Part shown: piece by piece, positions 28,405 through 37,122 of the stretch | Numbering within the stretch: position 1 is the stretch's first letter | How the letters are laid out: each line of letters starts with the position of its first letter | Assembly: GCA_001512435.1 (NCBI GenBank) | Contig: LFRS01000102.1 | Coordinates: 21,395-85,394, forward strand | Source of the DNA: Halothermothrix sp. DTU029 | Lineage (GTDB): Bacteria; Bacillota; Halanaerobiia; Halanaerobiales; DTU029 | Direction of reading: 5' to 3' | Length of the DNA: 64,000 nucleotides | Notes under the pieces: model-generated | Told to the model about the DNA's origin: nothing | Databases searched by the model: none | The model's input: the letters and a program-made list of their open reading frames with translations, nothing else | Program-made: the position numbers and the translations under genes

Positions 28405-29689
28405 AACATTTCAGGCCAGGACAATTCAGGGTGATATTAATTTGCCTGGAGATAAATCAATTTCCCATCGGGCTCTTATCCTGGCTGCAATTGCTGAGGG
28501 GAATACATATATAAAAGGTTTACTGGAAAGTGATGACTGCCTACATACCTTAAATATCTTTCAGCAACTGGGAGTAGAGATCAGGAAAAATGAAGAAGGG
28601 ATTTATCGAGTTGAGGGTGTAGGTTTATATGGTTTAAAGGAAGCCCAGGATATCCTTTATTGTGGTAATTCTGGTACAACTGCAAGACTTTTAACAGGCC
28701 TCCTGGCAGGACAGAAGTTTTATTCTGTCTTGACGGGAGATAAGTACCTGAATACCAGGCCCATGGACAGGGTGATTATACCCCTGGAAAAGATGGGGGC
28801 CAGAATTTGGTCTAGACAAGATAAATACCTTCCTTTGAGTATAAAAGGAAGCCAGCTTTCTGGTATAAATTACAAATTACCTGTAGCCAGTGCCCAGCTT
28901 AAGTCTGCTTTACTTCTGGCTGCTCTCTATGCCCAGGGTGAATTAAAAATAACTGAACCAGAATACAGCCGGGACCATACAGAAAGGATGTTACAGGCTT
29001 TTGGGGTTAAGCTGGAGATAAGGGGAAAAGAGATCTCTATCAATAATACAGGTGACTTAAAATTACATGCACAGGAGATAGAAGTGCCTGGAGACCTATC
29101 CTCTGCTGCTTTTTTTATTGCTGCTGCCCTTATTACCCCAGATAGTGAAATAATCCTTAGAAATGTGGGTATTAATCCTACCAGGGATGGTTTCCTGAAG
29201 GTAGTCAGGGAGATGGGAGCCAGGATTGAGCTTTTTAATATCAGGGAAAAGGCAGGTGAGCCCCTGGCTGATATTAGGGCCAGGACCAGTACTTTAAAAG
29301 GAATAAATATTGAAGGTGAACTTATTCCTGCTCTGATTGATGAGCTCCCCTTATTGGCTGTCCTGGCTTCCCAGGCGGAAGGAAAAACCATTATTAAAGA
29401 TGCTGCTGAATTGAGGGTTAAGGAAAGTGATAGAATTAGTGCTACTGTAAAGGGTTTAAGGAAATTAGGAGTTAATGTAGAAGAACTGGCTGATGGTATG
29501 GTAATTGAGGGACCAGTTAGACTAGAGGGTGGTATTGAGATAGACTCCTTTTATGATCACCGGATTGCCATGTCCTTTATGGTTGCAGGCTTAATAACTG
29601 AAAAATCTTTTCTTATAAAAGATGCTGAAGCCATCAAGATTTCTTTTCCTGATTTCTGTGCTATCTTAAAAAAACTAAGTAAAAGATAA
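28394..29689 (+). CDS. aroA: 3-phosphoshikimate 1-carboxyvinyltransferase (EPSP synthase)
   Basis: 431 aa with the LPGDKSISHR signature. Confidence 0.95.
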   Translation: MSFKTFQARTIQGDINLPGDKSISHRALILAAIAEGNTYIKGLLESDDCLHTLNIFQQLGVEIRKNEEGIYRVEGVGLYGLKEAQDILYCGNSGTTARLLTGLLAGQKFYSVLTGDKYLNTRPMDRVIIPLEKMGARIWSRQDKYLPLSIKGSQLSGINYKLPVASAQLKSALLLAALYAQGELKITEPEYSRDHTERMLQAFGVKLEIRGKEISINNTGDLKLHAQEIEVPGDLSSAAFFIAAALITPDSEIILRNVGINPTRDGFLKVVREMGARIELFNIREKAGEPLADIRARTSTLKGINIEGELIPALIDELPLLAVLASQAEGKTIIKDAAELRVKESDRISATVKGLRKLGVNVEELADGMVIEGPVRLEGGIEIDSFYDHRIAMSFMVAGLITEKSFLIKDAEAIKISFPDFCAILKKLSKR

Positions 29690-29764
29690 ATCCAGTCGAA
29701 AAGAGGATTTTCTTAAACCTTAATAGAATATATAGCATTATACATTAAAGGAGCTGGTTTTTAG

Positions 29765-30442
29765 ATGGGCAAAGTCATAGCAATTGATGGGCCAGCAGGT
29801 GCAGGAAAAAGTACAATTTCCAGATTATTGGCCAAAAAACTTGGTTATAGGTATCTTGATACAGGGGCAATGTATCGGGCCATAACTTATCTGGCTCTGG
29901 AGAAGGGCCTAAATCCTGAAGAAGGAAATGATATAGTACAATTATGCAAAAATATAGAGATGGATTTTACCCCTCCTGATGAAAACAATATCAGTCATAT
30001 TATTATCAATGGCCAGGATCTAACTGATAAAATTAGAAGTAAAGAGGTAGATAATAATGTTTCTACCATTGCCAAAAATAAAGAGATCCGGGAAATAATG
30101 ACCAGGATACAAAGGAAGATAGCCAAGAGTGGTAAGATTATACTGGATGGCAGAGATATTGGTTCCCGGGTTCTTCCAGATGCAGAATATAAGTTTTTTA
30201 TTACCGCTTCCCTGGAAGAAAGGGCCAGGAGGAGATGGGAAGAATATAAGGCCAAAGGTATTGCTATCAGTTTGGCTGAAATAGAAAAAGAGATTGCTGA
30301 ACGGGATTTAGAAGATTCTACAAGGGAGGTTTCCCCTTTAGTTCAAGCTGAAGATGCCATTTTAATAGATACAAGTAAGATGTCAATACAGGAAGTGTTG
30401 GATAAAATACTTTCTTACATAAAGGATGAAGGAGATGGTTAA
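29765..30442 (+). CDS. cmk: Cytidylate kinase
   Basis: IAIDGPAGAGKST P-loop, 225 aa. Confidence 0.93.
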   Translation: MGKVIAIDGPAGAGKSTISRLLAKKLGYRYLDTGAMYRAITYLALEKGLNPEEGNDIVQLCKNIEMDFTPPDENNISHIIINGQDLTDKIRSKEVDNNVSTIAKNKEIREIMTRIQRKIAKSGKIILDGRDIGSRVLPDAEYKFFITASLEERARRRWEEYKAKGIAISLAEIEKEIAERDLEDSTREVSPLVQAEDAILIDTSKMSIQEVLDKILSYIKDEGDG

Positions 30443-31022
30443 TATTTTATACAGCTTTGCAGCCTTCTTATTTAGGGTGTTTTTTAAAGTATTTTATCGC
30501 TATGAAATTTATGGCCTTGAAAATATACCAAAAGAAGGCAGACTGGTTATAATGGCTAACCATGTAAGATACTATGACCCTCCTTTAATAGGCTGTATTT
30601 TGAAGCGTAAAATACATTTTCTTGCTAAAGAGGAATTATTTAAAATACCCCTCCTGGGATATTTGCTTGGAAAAATAGGACAAATCCCGGTAAAAAGAGG
30701 TAAACCAGATAGAAGTGCTTTAAAAGGGGCTCTGGCAATTTTAGAAGAGGAGAAAGTCTTAGGTATTTTCCCAGAAGGAACAACCAGAGGTTCTAAAGAA
30801 AGTTTGGGAAAGGCAAAATCTGGTTCTATCTTAATACCTATTGAGGGAAAAAGCCCTATAGTACCAGTAGGTATAAAATATAAAACTATGAAGGCAAAGG
30901 TATCTTTTGGTAAGGTTTTTTATTTAGATCAATACTATGACCGTAAACTGAGCAAAGAAGAGAGACAGGAAGCAGGTACATATATAATGAATAAAATTCA
31001 GGCAGAGCTGGATAAACTTTAA
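30426..31022 (+). CDS. plsC: 1-acyl-sn-glycerol-3-phosphate acyltransferase
   Basis: Contains NHVRYYDP (HX4D) and FPEGT motifs. An alternative start at ATG 30435 is possible. Confidence 0.85.
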   Translation: MKEMVNILYSFAAFLFRVFFKVFYRYEIYGLENIPKEGRLVIMANHVRYYDPPLIGCILKRKIHFLAKEELFKIPLLGYLLGKIGQIPVKRGKPDRSALKGALAILEEEKVLGIFPEGTTRGSKESLGKAKSGSILIPIEGKSPIVPVGIKYKTMKAKVSFGKVFYLDQYYDRKLSKEERQEAGTYIMNKIQAELDKL

Positions 31023-31148
31023 AATACAAATTTCTCAAATTTAAGCAGGATTATAGAGATGAATGGCGAAAAGGTATATTGATGTATTAATTACAGTCCT
31101 CTGGATATACTAGAGAAAAGCATATTTTTCCTGGGGAGGTAACAGGAT

Positions 31149-33248
31149 TTGGATATTATTATAGCTGGAGAAGCAGGATTCTGTTTTGGAGTAAAAAGGG
31201 CTATAGAGAGTGCCATGGAAACTGCCCAGGACTCCAATACCCCGGTATACACTCTGGGACCAATTATACATAATCCTCAGGTTGTAAAAAAACTGGAAGA
31301 GAAGGGTGTTAAGGCCATTGATTCCCTGGATGAGATTACAGAAGGAACTGTAATAATCAGATCCCATGGAGTTTCCCCGGCTGTAATCAAGGCAGCCAGG
31401 GAAAAAGGTTTACATGTGGTTGATGCTACCTGTCCTTTTGTAAAAAAAGCCCAGAAAGAGGCCAAAAACCTGGTAGACGAGGGCTACCAGACCATTATCT
31501 TTGGTGATCCTGATCATCCAGAAGTTAAGGGTATCTGTGGTTCTACAGGGGGTAAAGCCTATATTGTTAATGATATAAAAGATTTGCATTCCCTTGAATT
31601 GAGTAATAAAATAGGTTTTGTAGCCCAGACTACTAAATCGCCGGAATCTTTTCGGGATTTAATCTCTGCTGTTATAGAAAGAAGTAAAGAATTAAAGGTA
31701 TATAATACCATCTGTAATACTACAGAAAGCCGACAAGAATCGGCCCGAAAACTTGCAAAGAACGTAGATGTAATGTTTGTAATTGGGGGCTATAACAGTG
31801 CAAATACCAAAAGACTTGCTGAAATATGCCTGGAAACTGGTACCCCAACTTACCATATAGAAACTGCTGCAGAAATAAATAAGCAGTGGTTAGAAAATAA
31901 AGAAAAAATAGGAATTACTGCAGGGGCATCGACCCCTGAATGGTTAATCAAGGAGGTTATTGAGGCTATGAGTGAAGAAAAAAAAGATTTACAAATTGAT
32001 GAAAATATTACAGAGGAAGGAGTAATTGACGGGGCTGAAGCTGCAGAAAATACTGTTGAAGTGAATAATGAAAGTCCAATTGAAGAAGACAATAATCTAA
32101 ATGAAGAAATTGATTACAGTATAGCTGATTTGAAAAAGGGCCAGATTGTTACTGGTACTGTAAGCCAAATCAAAGAAGACGGTGTTTATGTAGATGTAAA
32201 CTACAAAACTGATGGCTTCATTCCCTTAAGGGAGTTATCATATAAAGATATCAATGATCCTAATGAAGTAGTTAAATTAAATGAAGAAATAAATGTAGTT
32301 GTTTTAACCCTGGAAGATAGTGAAGGTAATATGATCCTTTCTAAAAAAAGAGCAGATTTTGAAAAAGCCTGGGAAAGGATTCTGGAAGCCTATGATAATA
32401 ACGAAATAATTGAAGCTGAAGTAACTAAGGTTGTCAAAGGCGGCCTGGTTGCTGATGTAGGTTTAAGGGGTTTTATACCTGCCTCCCATGTGGACATTGG
32501 TTTTGTGGAAAATTTAGATGAATATGTAGGAAAAACCTTACGCCTGAAAGTTATTGAAGTAGAGAGAGATAAAAACAATGTAGTTCTTTCTGCCAAAGAA
32601 GTCCTGGAAGAAGAGAAAGAAAAAGAGAAAGAAAAAACCCTGGCAAGTCTGGAAGCTGGCCAGACTTTAAAAGGAAAGATAACCAAATTAGTTGATTTTG
32701 GAGCTTTCGTCGATCTGGGAGGTATAGAAGGTTTACTACATATCTCCGAAATGTCCTGGGGTAGAATTGCCCATCCTTCTGAACTCTTTGAAGAAGGCCA
32801 GGAAATTGAAGTAAAGGTATTGAGTGTAGATAAAGAAGAAGAAAGAATCTCCCTGGGTTATAAACAATTATTACCCGATCCCTGGCAAGAATTTATCAGC
32901 AAACATGATCAGGGAGATGTAATAAGTGGTACTATAACCAAAATTGTTGATTTTGGTGCTTTTGTAGAGGTAGCCGAGGGAGTGGAAGGATTAATCCATA
33001 TCTCCCAATTATCCCATCGTCATGTGAAAACCCCTGATGAGGTGGTCAGTGAAGGAGAAGAGGTCCAGGTTAAAATCCTGAATATAGATAAAGAACAAAA
33101 GAGGGTAGGTTTGAGTATTAAAGAGTTGCAGGAAAAACCAGTTGTCAAGGCACCTGTTAAAACAGAAGAACCAAAAGAAGAAGAAAGCACTGGAGGAGTA
33201 ACCATTAGAGAATTAGTAGGGGATATCTTTAATACAGAAGAAGAATAA
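31149..33248 (+). CDS. ispH: Fusion of 4-hydroxy-3-methylbut-2-enyl diphosphate reductase (IspH) and ribosomal protein S1
   Basis: 699 aa. The N-terminal roughly 280 aa are IspH (GFCFGVKRA). An acidic linker follows, then four S1 repeats. TTG start with SD GGGGAGGT. Confidence 0.9.
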   Translation: MDIIIAGEAGFCFGVKRAIESAMETAQDSNTPVYTLGPIIHNPQVVKKLEEKGVKAIDSLDEITEGTVIIRSHGVSPAVIKAAREKGLHVVDATCPFVKKAQKEAKNLVDEGYQTIIFGDPDHPEVKGICGSTGGKAYIVNDIKDLHSLELSNKIGFVAQTTKSPESFRDLISAVIERSKELKVYNTICNTTESRQESARKLAKNVDVMFVIGGYNSANTKRLAEICLETGTPTYHIETAAEINKQWLENKEKIGITAGASTPEWLIKEVIEAMSEEKKDLQIDENITEEGVIDGAEAAENTVEVNNESPIEEDNNLNEEIDYSIADLKKGQIVTGTVSQIKEDGVYVDVNYKTDGFIPLRELSYKDINDPNEVVKLNEEINVVVLTLEDSEGNMILSKKRADFEKAWERILEAYDNNEIIEAEVTKVVKGGLVADVGLRGFIPASHVDIGFVENLDEYVGKTLRLKVIEVERDKNNVVLSAKEVLEEEKEKEKEKTLASLEAGQTLKGKITKLVDFGAFVDLGGIEGLLHISEMSWGRIAHPSELFEEGQEIEVKVLSVDKEEERISLGYKQLLPDPWQEFISKHDQGDVISGTITKIVDFGAFVEVAEGVEGLIHISQLSHRHVKTPDEVVSEGEEVQVKILNIDKEQKRVGLSIKELQEKPVVKAPVKTEEPKEEESTGGVTIRELVGDIFNTEEE

Positions 33249-33269
33249 AAACTCATAATATGGATTTTA

Positions 33270-33297
33270 AAGGCCATCTCATAAAAGAGATGGCCTT
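33270..33297 (+). terminator. Terminator-like hairpin after ispH-rpsA
   Basis: AAGGCCATCTC-ataaaa-GAGATGGCCTT forms an 11-bp perfect stem with only a weak T run after it. Confidence 0.5.
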
Positions 33298-33405
33298 ATT
33301 CATTATCTCCAGAAGTTCTTTAATAATCTTCAGGAAGGAGAATAAGAAGAGGAAATCAGTGAGATAATATCCTGTGTAGATAAGGACAAATTCTGAGGTG
33401 AAGGA

Positions 33406-34038
33406 ATGACAACAGGTATTATTTTATTAATGATTATCGGTTTATTAGTCTATCTTGGAGCTGCTCACAGGGTACTGGACCGCCTTTATTTAACAGATAA
33501 AAGTGCCCTCTTAATTATTGCCCTAATGATCATTGGTAGTTTTTTTGACCTTACAATTAAGAGAAACCCTCTCTTGACAATAAATATAGGAGGAGGCCTT
33601 ATCCCCTTATTATTGTCTGTTTATGTATTTATAAAGGCAGATTCCAGGAAAGAGAGAATAAGAACCCTAGTTGCTGTTTTCCTGACTGGCCTGGCCATTT
33701 ATGCTATCAGTATTATTTTCTCTGATTTTGGTCATGGTAGAGATATAATTGATCCCATGTATCTCTATGCTATCAGTGGTGGTCTGATTGCCTATCTCCT
33801 GGGCAGGTCCAGGAGGGCATCCTTTATAGCCGGAACAATTGGCTTTTTACTATATAATCTTTTTATCTATTATAGGCTACTGACAGGAGAGATCAGGAGC
33901 CAGCTGCGGATAGGTGGTGCTGGAGTCTATGATAGTATAATTATTTCTGGTGTCCTGGCTGTCTTATTGGCTGAATTTCTGGGAGAATCCCTGGAACGCT
34001 TAACTGGAGGACATTCTGGAAAAGGGGGAGAAGAGTGA
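33406..34038 (+). CDS. DUF1614 family membrane protein
   Basis: 210-aa polytopic membrane protein. The N-terminus LGAAHRVLDRLYLTDK is typical of DUF1614. Confidence 0.7.
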   Translation: MTTGIILLMIIGLLVYLGAAHRVLDRLYLTDKSALLIIALMIIGSFFDLTIKRNPLLTINIGGGLIPLLLSVYVFIKADSRKERIRTLVAVFLTGLAIYAISIIFSDFGHGRDIIDPMYLYAISGGLIAYLLGRSRRASFIAGTIGFLLYNLFIYYRLLTGEIRSQLRIGGAGVYDSIIISGVLAVLLAEFLGESLERLTGGHSGKGGEE

Positions 34039-35081
34039 AAAGGATAAAAGTCTTCTTTGTACTTTTTTGTCTCCTACTGTATCTACCTTTATATGGGCAA
34101 AATAATAGTGAAATTATTGGCCATAGGGAAGAAGATATCTGCTGGGTTTATGACCAGGAAGACAATTATATTTTTGCTATTGCCCTGGCTGTAAATGTTG
34201 GTGATAAATATATTGATGAGGATAATATAGAATATGAAATAATAGAAGTAGGAGGCAACAAGGCCATCTGTAAGAAAAAAGGAAAGGTAGATTTGTTGGC
34301 AGATATAGGTCCTGAATTTACTTTACAGATCCCCCTGGCAAAAGAGGGCAAGAAAACAGTTGCCATTTATCATACCCATAATGATGAATCCTATTTGCCT
34401 GGTCCAGTCAACATAGATGGAGTCGGGGAAATTCATGAGGTGGGAGATGCCTTGAAAGAAGCCCTGGAGAAGAAAGGGATTACAGTTGTCAAGAGTGAAA
34501 ACCTACATTTACCTCATGATGGTGCTGCTTATGAACGTTCCCGGGGAACAGTAGCTGACCTGGTACAGGAAGAACCTGATATAATTTTTGATCTTCACCG
34601 GGATGCTATCCCCAGAAAAGATGAATACCTGAAAGAGATTAATGGAAAAACAATAAGCCAGATAAGATTGGTGGTAGGAAGGCAAAACCCAAATCAAAAG
34701 GTTAATGATCAATTTGCCAGGAGATTAAAGGCCCTTGCTGATGAAGAATATCCCGGCTTAATCAAGGGTATCTTTTATGGAAAAGGAGTTTATAACCAAC
34801 ATGTTGCTCCCCATTCCTTGTTATTGGAATTTGGTACCCATGTAACAACAAAAGAACAGGCCATTGCCAGTGCTCAATTGTTTGCTGAACCGGTCAGCAA
34901 ACTCCTTTTTGCCAGTAAGGGAGGGACAGGCCAGAAGGAAAATGCCGGAATATTTTCCAGTATTATCTGGATACTTGGTGTAACAGGAATAGGAGTCCTT
35001 ATATATCTTTTGATTAATGAAGGAAGTTTAGGGGGAGTAGGTAAACGACTGAAGGCTTTTTTCAGGAAGGAGCTAAAATAG
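34035..35081 (+). CDS. spoIIP: Stage II sporulation protein P
   Basis: 348 aa with an N-terminal anchor and an amidase-like core (IYHTHNDESY...DLHRDA...). GTG start overlapping the DUF1614 stop. Confidence 0.8.
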   Translation: MKRIKVFFVLFCLLLYLPLYGQNNSEIIGHREEDICWVYDQEDNYIFAIALAVNVGDKYIDEDNIEYEIIEVGGNKAICKKKGKVDLLADIGPEFTLQIPLAKEGKKTVAIYHTHNDESYLPGPVNIDGVGEIHEVGDALKEALEKKGITVVKSENLHLPHDGAAYERSRGTVADLVQEEPDIIFDLHRDAIPRKDEYLKEINGKTISQIRLVVGRQNPNQKVNDQFARRLKALADEEYPGLIKGIFYGKGVYNQHVAPHSLLLEFGTHVTTKEQAIASAQLFAEPVSKLLFASKGGTGQKENAGIFSSIIWILGVTGIGVLIYLLINEGSLGGVGKRLKAFFRKELK

Positions 35082-35096
35082 AAAGGGTATTAGTGG

Positions 35097-35987
35097 ATGT
35101 TTGAATATGATGAGATGTTTTTCTTCAGTTTGTTGCTTGGCTTTTTGGCCAGGGCACTAATGTTAAAAATTGATTATCGGCAGTTCCCCAGTTATCCTCA
35201 TTCTTATGTTATACATTTGACCCTTGGTGCTATTGCAGCTGCCCTGGGAGCCCTGGTTATTCCCCTTCTCTTGGAAAAGGAGTTTATTGCTATAACCTTT
35301 ATAACTATTGCAGCCCAGCAATTCAGAGATGTAAGGTCAATGGAGAGAGAAAGCCTGGCCAAGATAGAGAAGACTGAGTTGATACCCAGGGGGGAAGCCT
35401 ATATAGAAGGGATAGCAAAACTATTTGAGGCCAGGAACTACCTGGCTTTAATTAGCTCTTTCACTACCAACCTGATCTATTATTATAGCAATTGGTATAT
35501 TGCCCTTCTTGGTGGCAGTCTTGTTGCCTATGGTTTACATTCTTTTATGAAAGGCCCTACAGTTGGAGATATTGCTGATGTGGAAGTGGTAGAAATAAGT
35601 ATTAAAAAGAAAAGTATTGGTATTGATGAAGTGATTATGATGAATGTAGGGGAAGAAGAGGCATTGGAGATCTGGTCCAGGGAAGGAATAGGGGTAAAAA
35701 TAATTCCCAGGGATGAAGATGCCAGGGCTACCCTGGCCAATCTGGGCCAGAGACAGGCCATCTTACATGATCTATCTATTCTAATGGGAATAAAGTTAGA
35801 TCTGGGTTTACAGCATTTTTCTCCTCTGGCCAGACTAAATATTGATAATGGAAGCCTGAATATAATCTTTATTCCCCAGGAACCTGATGAAATATTTATC
35901 AAAGAAGCAGTAGAAAGGATTCCAGTTCTGGAGAGTTCACAGCGGAAACCATTAAAAGATAAAATAGGGAGAAAGGCTGCAGATTAA
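35097..35987 (+). CDS. YIEGIA family protein
   Basis: 296 aa containing the literal motif AYIEGIAKLFE. The N-terminal half is membrane-embedded and the C-terminal half is soluble. Confidence 0.8.
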   Translation: MFEYDEMFFFSLLLGFLARALMLKIDYRQFPSYPHSYVIHLTLGAIAAALGALVIPLLLEKEFIAITFITIAAQQFRDVRSMERESLAKIEKTELIPRGEAYIEGIAKLFEARNYLALISSFTTNLIYYYSNWYIALLGGSLVAYGLHSFMKGPTVGDIADVEVVEISIKKKSIGIDEVIMMNVGEEEALEIWSREGIGVKIIPRDEDARATLANLGQRQAILHDLSILMGIKLDLGLQHFSPLARLNIDNGSLNIIFIPQEPDEIFIKEAVERIPVLESSQRKPLKDKIGRKAAD

Positions 35988-35998
35988 GGAGGTTCTGG

Positions 35999-36187
35999 AT
36001 GAGTGAAAATAATATACTGGCCATTATTACCACAAAAAAACTAAGGGACAAAGTAGCTGGTGGAGCACCGATTTTTTTTGCAGATAATGAGGAAGAAGTA
36101 GAGGAACTCAGTAGTTTGCTGGCCCGGATTACACTGGCCATGGTTCATGATCTGGAAAACGGAATAAAAATTATTGTCAGACACTAA
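35999..36187 (+). CDS. Small acidic partner protein of YIEGIA (I recall RefSeq naming such proteins 'capping complex subunit for YIEGIA')
   Basis: 62 aa with a strong SD AAGGAGG, starting 11 nt after the YIEGIA stop. Confidence 0.5.
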   Translation: MSENNILAIITTKKLRDKVAGGAPIFFADNEEEVEELSSLLARITLAMVHDLENGIKIIVRH

Positions 36188-36204
36188 GGGAGGAGATTAA
36201 GTTA

Positions 36205-36606
36205 ATTATTATTCTCTGTAGCCAATTAAGCCCTCTACCCTTATTTTTCTTTTATTTATTTTTTTATGAAAAAGAAAAAGGCTTTAATGAGATCTTTTTA
36301 ACTGCTTTAAAAGATTATCAAAGATATAAAACTGAAAAGAAGGTTTTCTTCAGGCTATATCCAGAAAAGACCAGAAAAATATTTTTATTGCTGGGAGGCA
36401 AAAAGAAGAGGATAGTTTTGCAGGCCTTTCATGGTTATTTAAGTATGTTCAGGGTAAAAGAAAACTATAAAATAATAGATATTTCCCCCTTTGAAAAAAA
36501 GTATATTAAACTGGCAATTTTAACAGAAAGATTGGGTTTAAGAAGTCTGGCCAGATACTTATATAAACACTCCTGTAGATTGATCTACAGGAGGCAAAAG
36601 GAATGA
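36205..36606 (+). CDS. Divergent DUF3189-like paralog; start codon uncertain (no ATG/GTG/TTG before 36388)
   Basis: The reading frame is open from 36151. A strong SD GGGAGGAG (36188-95) is followed by in-frame ATT codons at 36205-36213. The translated sequence aligns by eye with the downstream DUF3189 protein: IIILCS vs IIIYHC, LLGGKKKRIV vs GMGGADETVI, TERLGL vs SRRLGF. The track start TTG 36388 has no SD. Confidence 0.4.
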   Translation: MIILCSQLSPLPLFFFYLFFYEKEKGFNEIFLTALKDYQRYKTEKKVFFRLYPEKTRKIFLLLGGKKKRIVLQAFHGYLSMFRVKENYKIIDISPFEKKYIKLAILTERLGLRSLARYLYKHSCRLIYRRQKE

Positions 36607-36610
36607 GAAG

Positions 36611-37066
36611 ATGATTATAATCTACCATTGTTATGGGGCAGCCCATTCTTCTATCCTTTCAGCAGCTATTCATCTGGGTTTGTTACCCGATAATAGGGTA
36701 GCAAGTATTAAGGAAATTAAGGAAATACCATATTTTGATGAGAAAAAAACAGAAGAGATTGGTACACCTATTTTATATGGGATAGACCAGGAGGGAAATA
36801 AAATATATGTCCAGGGCATGGGTGGGGCTGATGAGACGGTAATTAATTTGTTAAAGGATCTCATGGAATTGTACGGTATTCCAGAAAAAGACCTGATATT
36901 AATCAATGCCCTGCAGAATGTAAATATCCTGGTCCGGATTGGAGGTTTCCTTTCCCGCCGTCTAGGATTTGTATTTCCTGGCCGTATAATAAGTATTATA
37001 GGTTTACAGCTGGCTTATCCTAAATTTATCGAGATGGTTTCCAGAGTAAAAGATAAATACCTTTAA
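36611..37066 (+). CDS. DUF3189 family protein
   Basis: 151 aa with a MIIIYHCYGAAHSS N-terminus typical of DUF3189. Confidence 0.7.
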   Translation: MIIIYHCYGAAHSSILSAAIHLGLLPDNRVASIKEIKEIPYFDEKKTEEIGTPILYGIDQEGNKIYVQGMGGADETVINLLKDLMELYGIPEKDLILINALQNVNILVRIGGFLSRRLGFVFPGRIISIIGLQLAYPKFIEMVSRVKDKYL

Positions 37067-37069
37067 TTA

Positions 37070-37098
37070 TTGCTTAGTCTTCTGAAATATGATATTAT
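37070..37098 (+). promoter_or_regulatory. Sigma-A type promoter for DUF512-der-plsY-gpsA
   Basis: TTGCTT (37070-75), a 17-nt spacer, then TATTAT (37093-98) preceded by TGa. Confidence 0.5.
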
Positions 37099-37122
37099 CT
37101 CTTTACAGGAGGTATTATTGGT

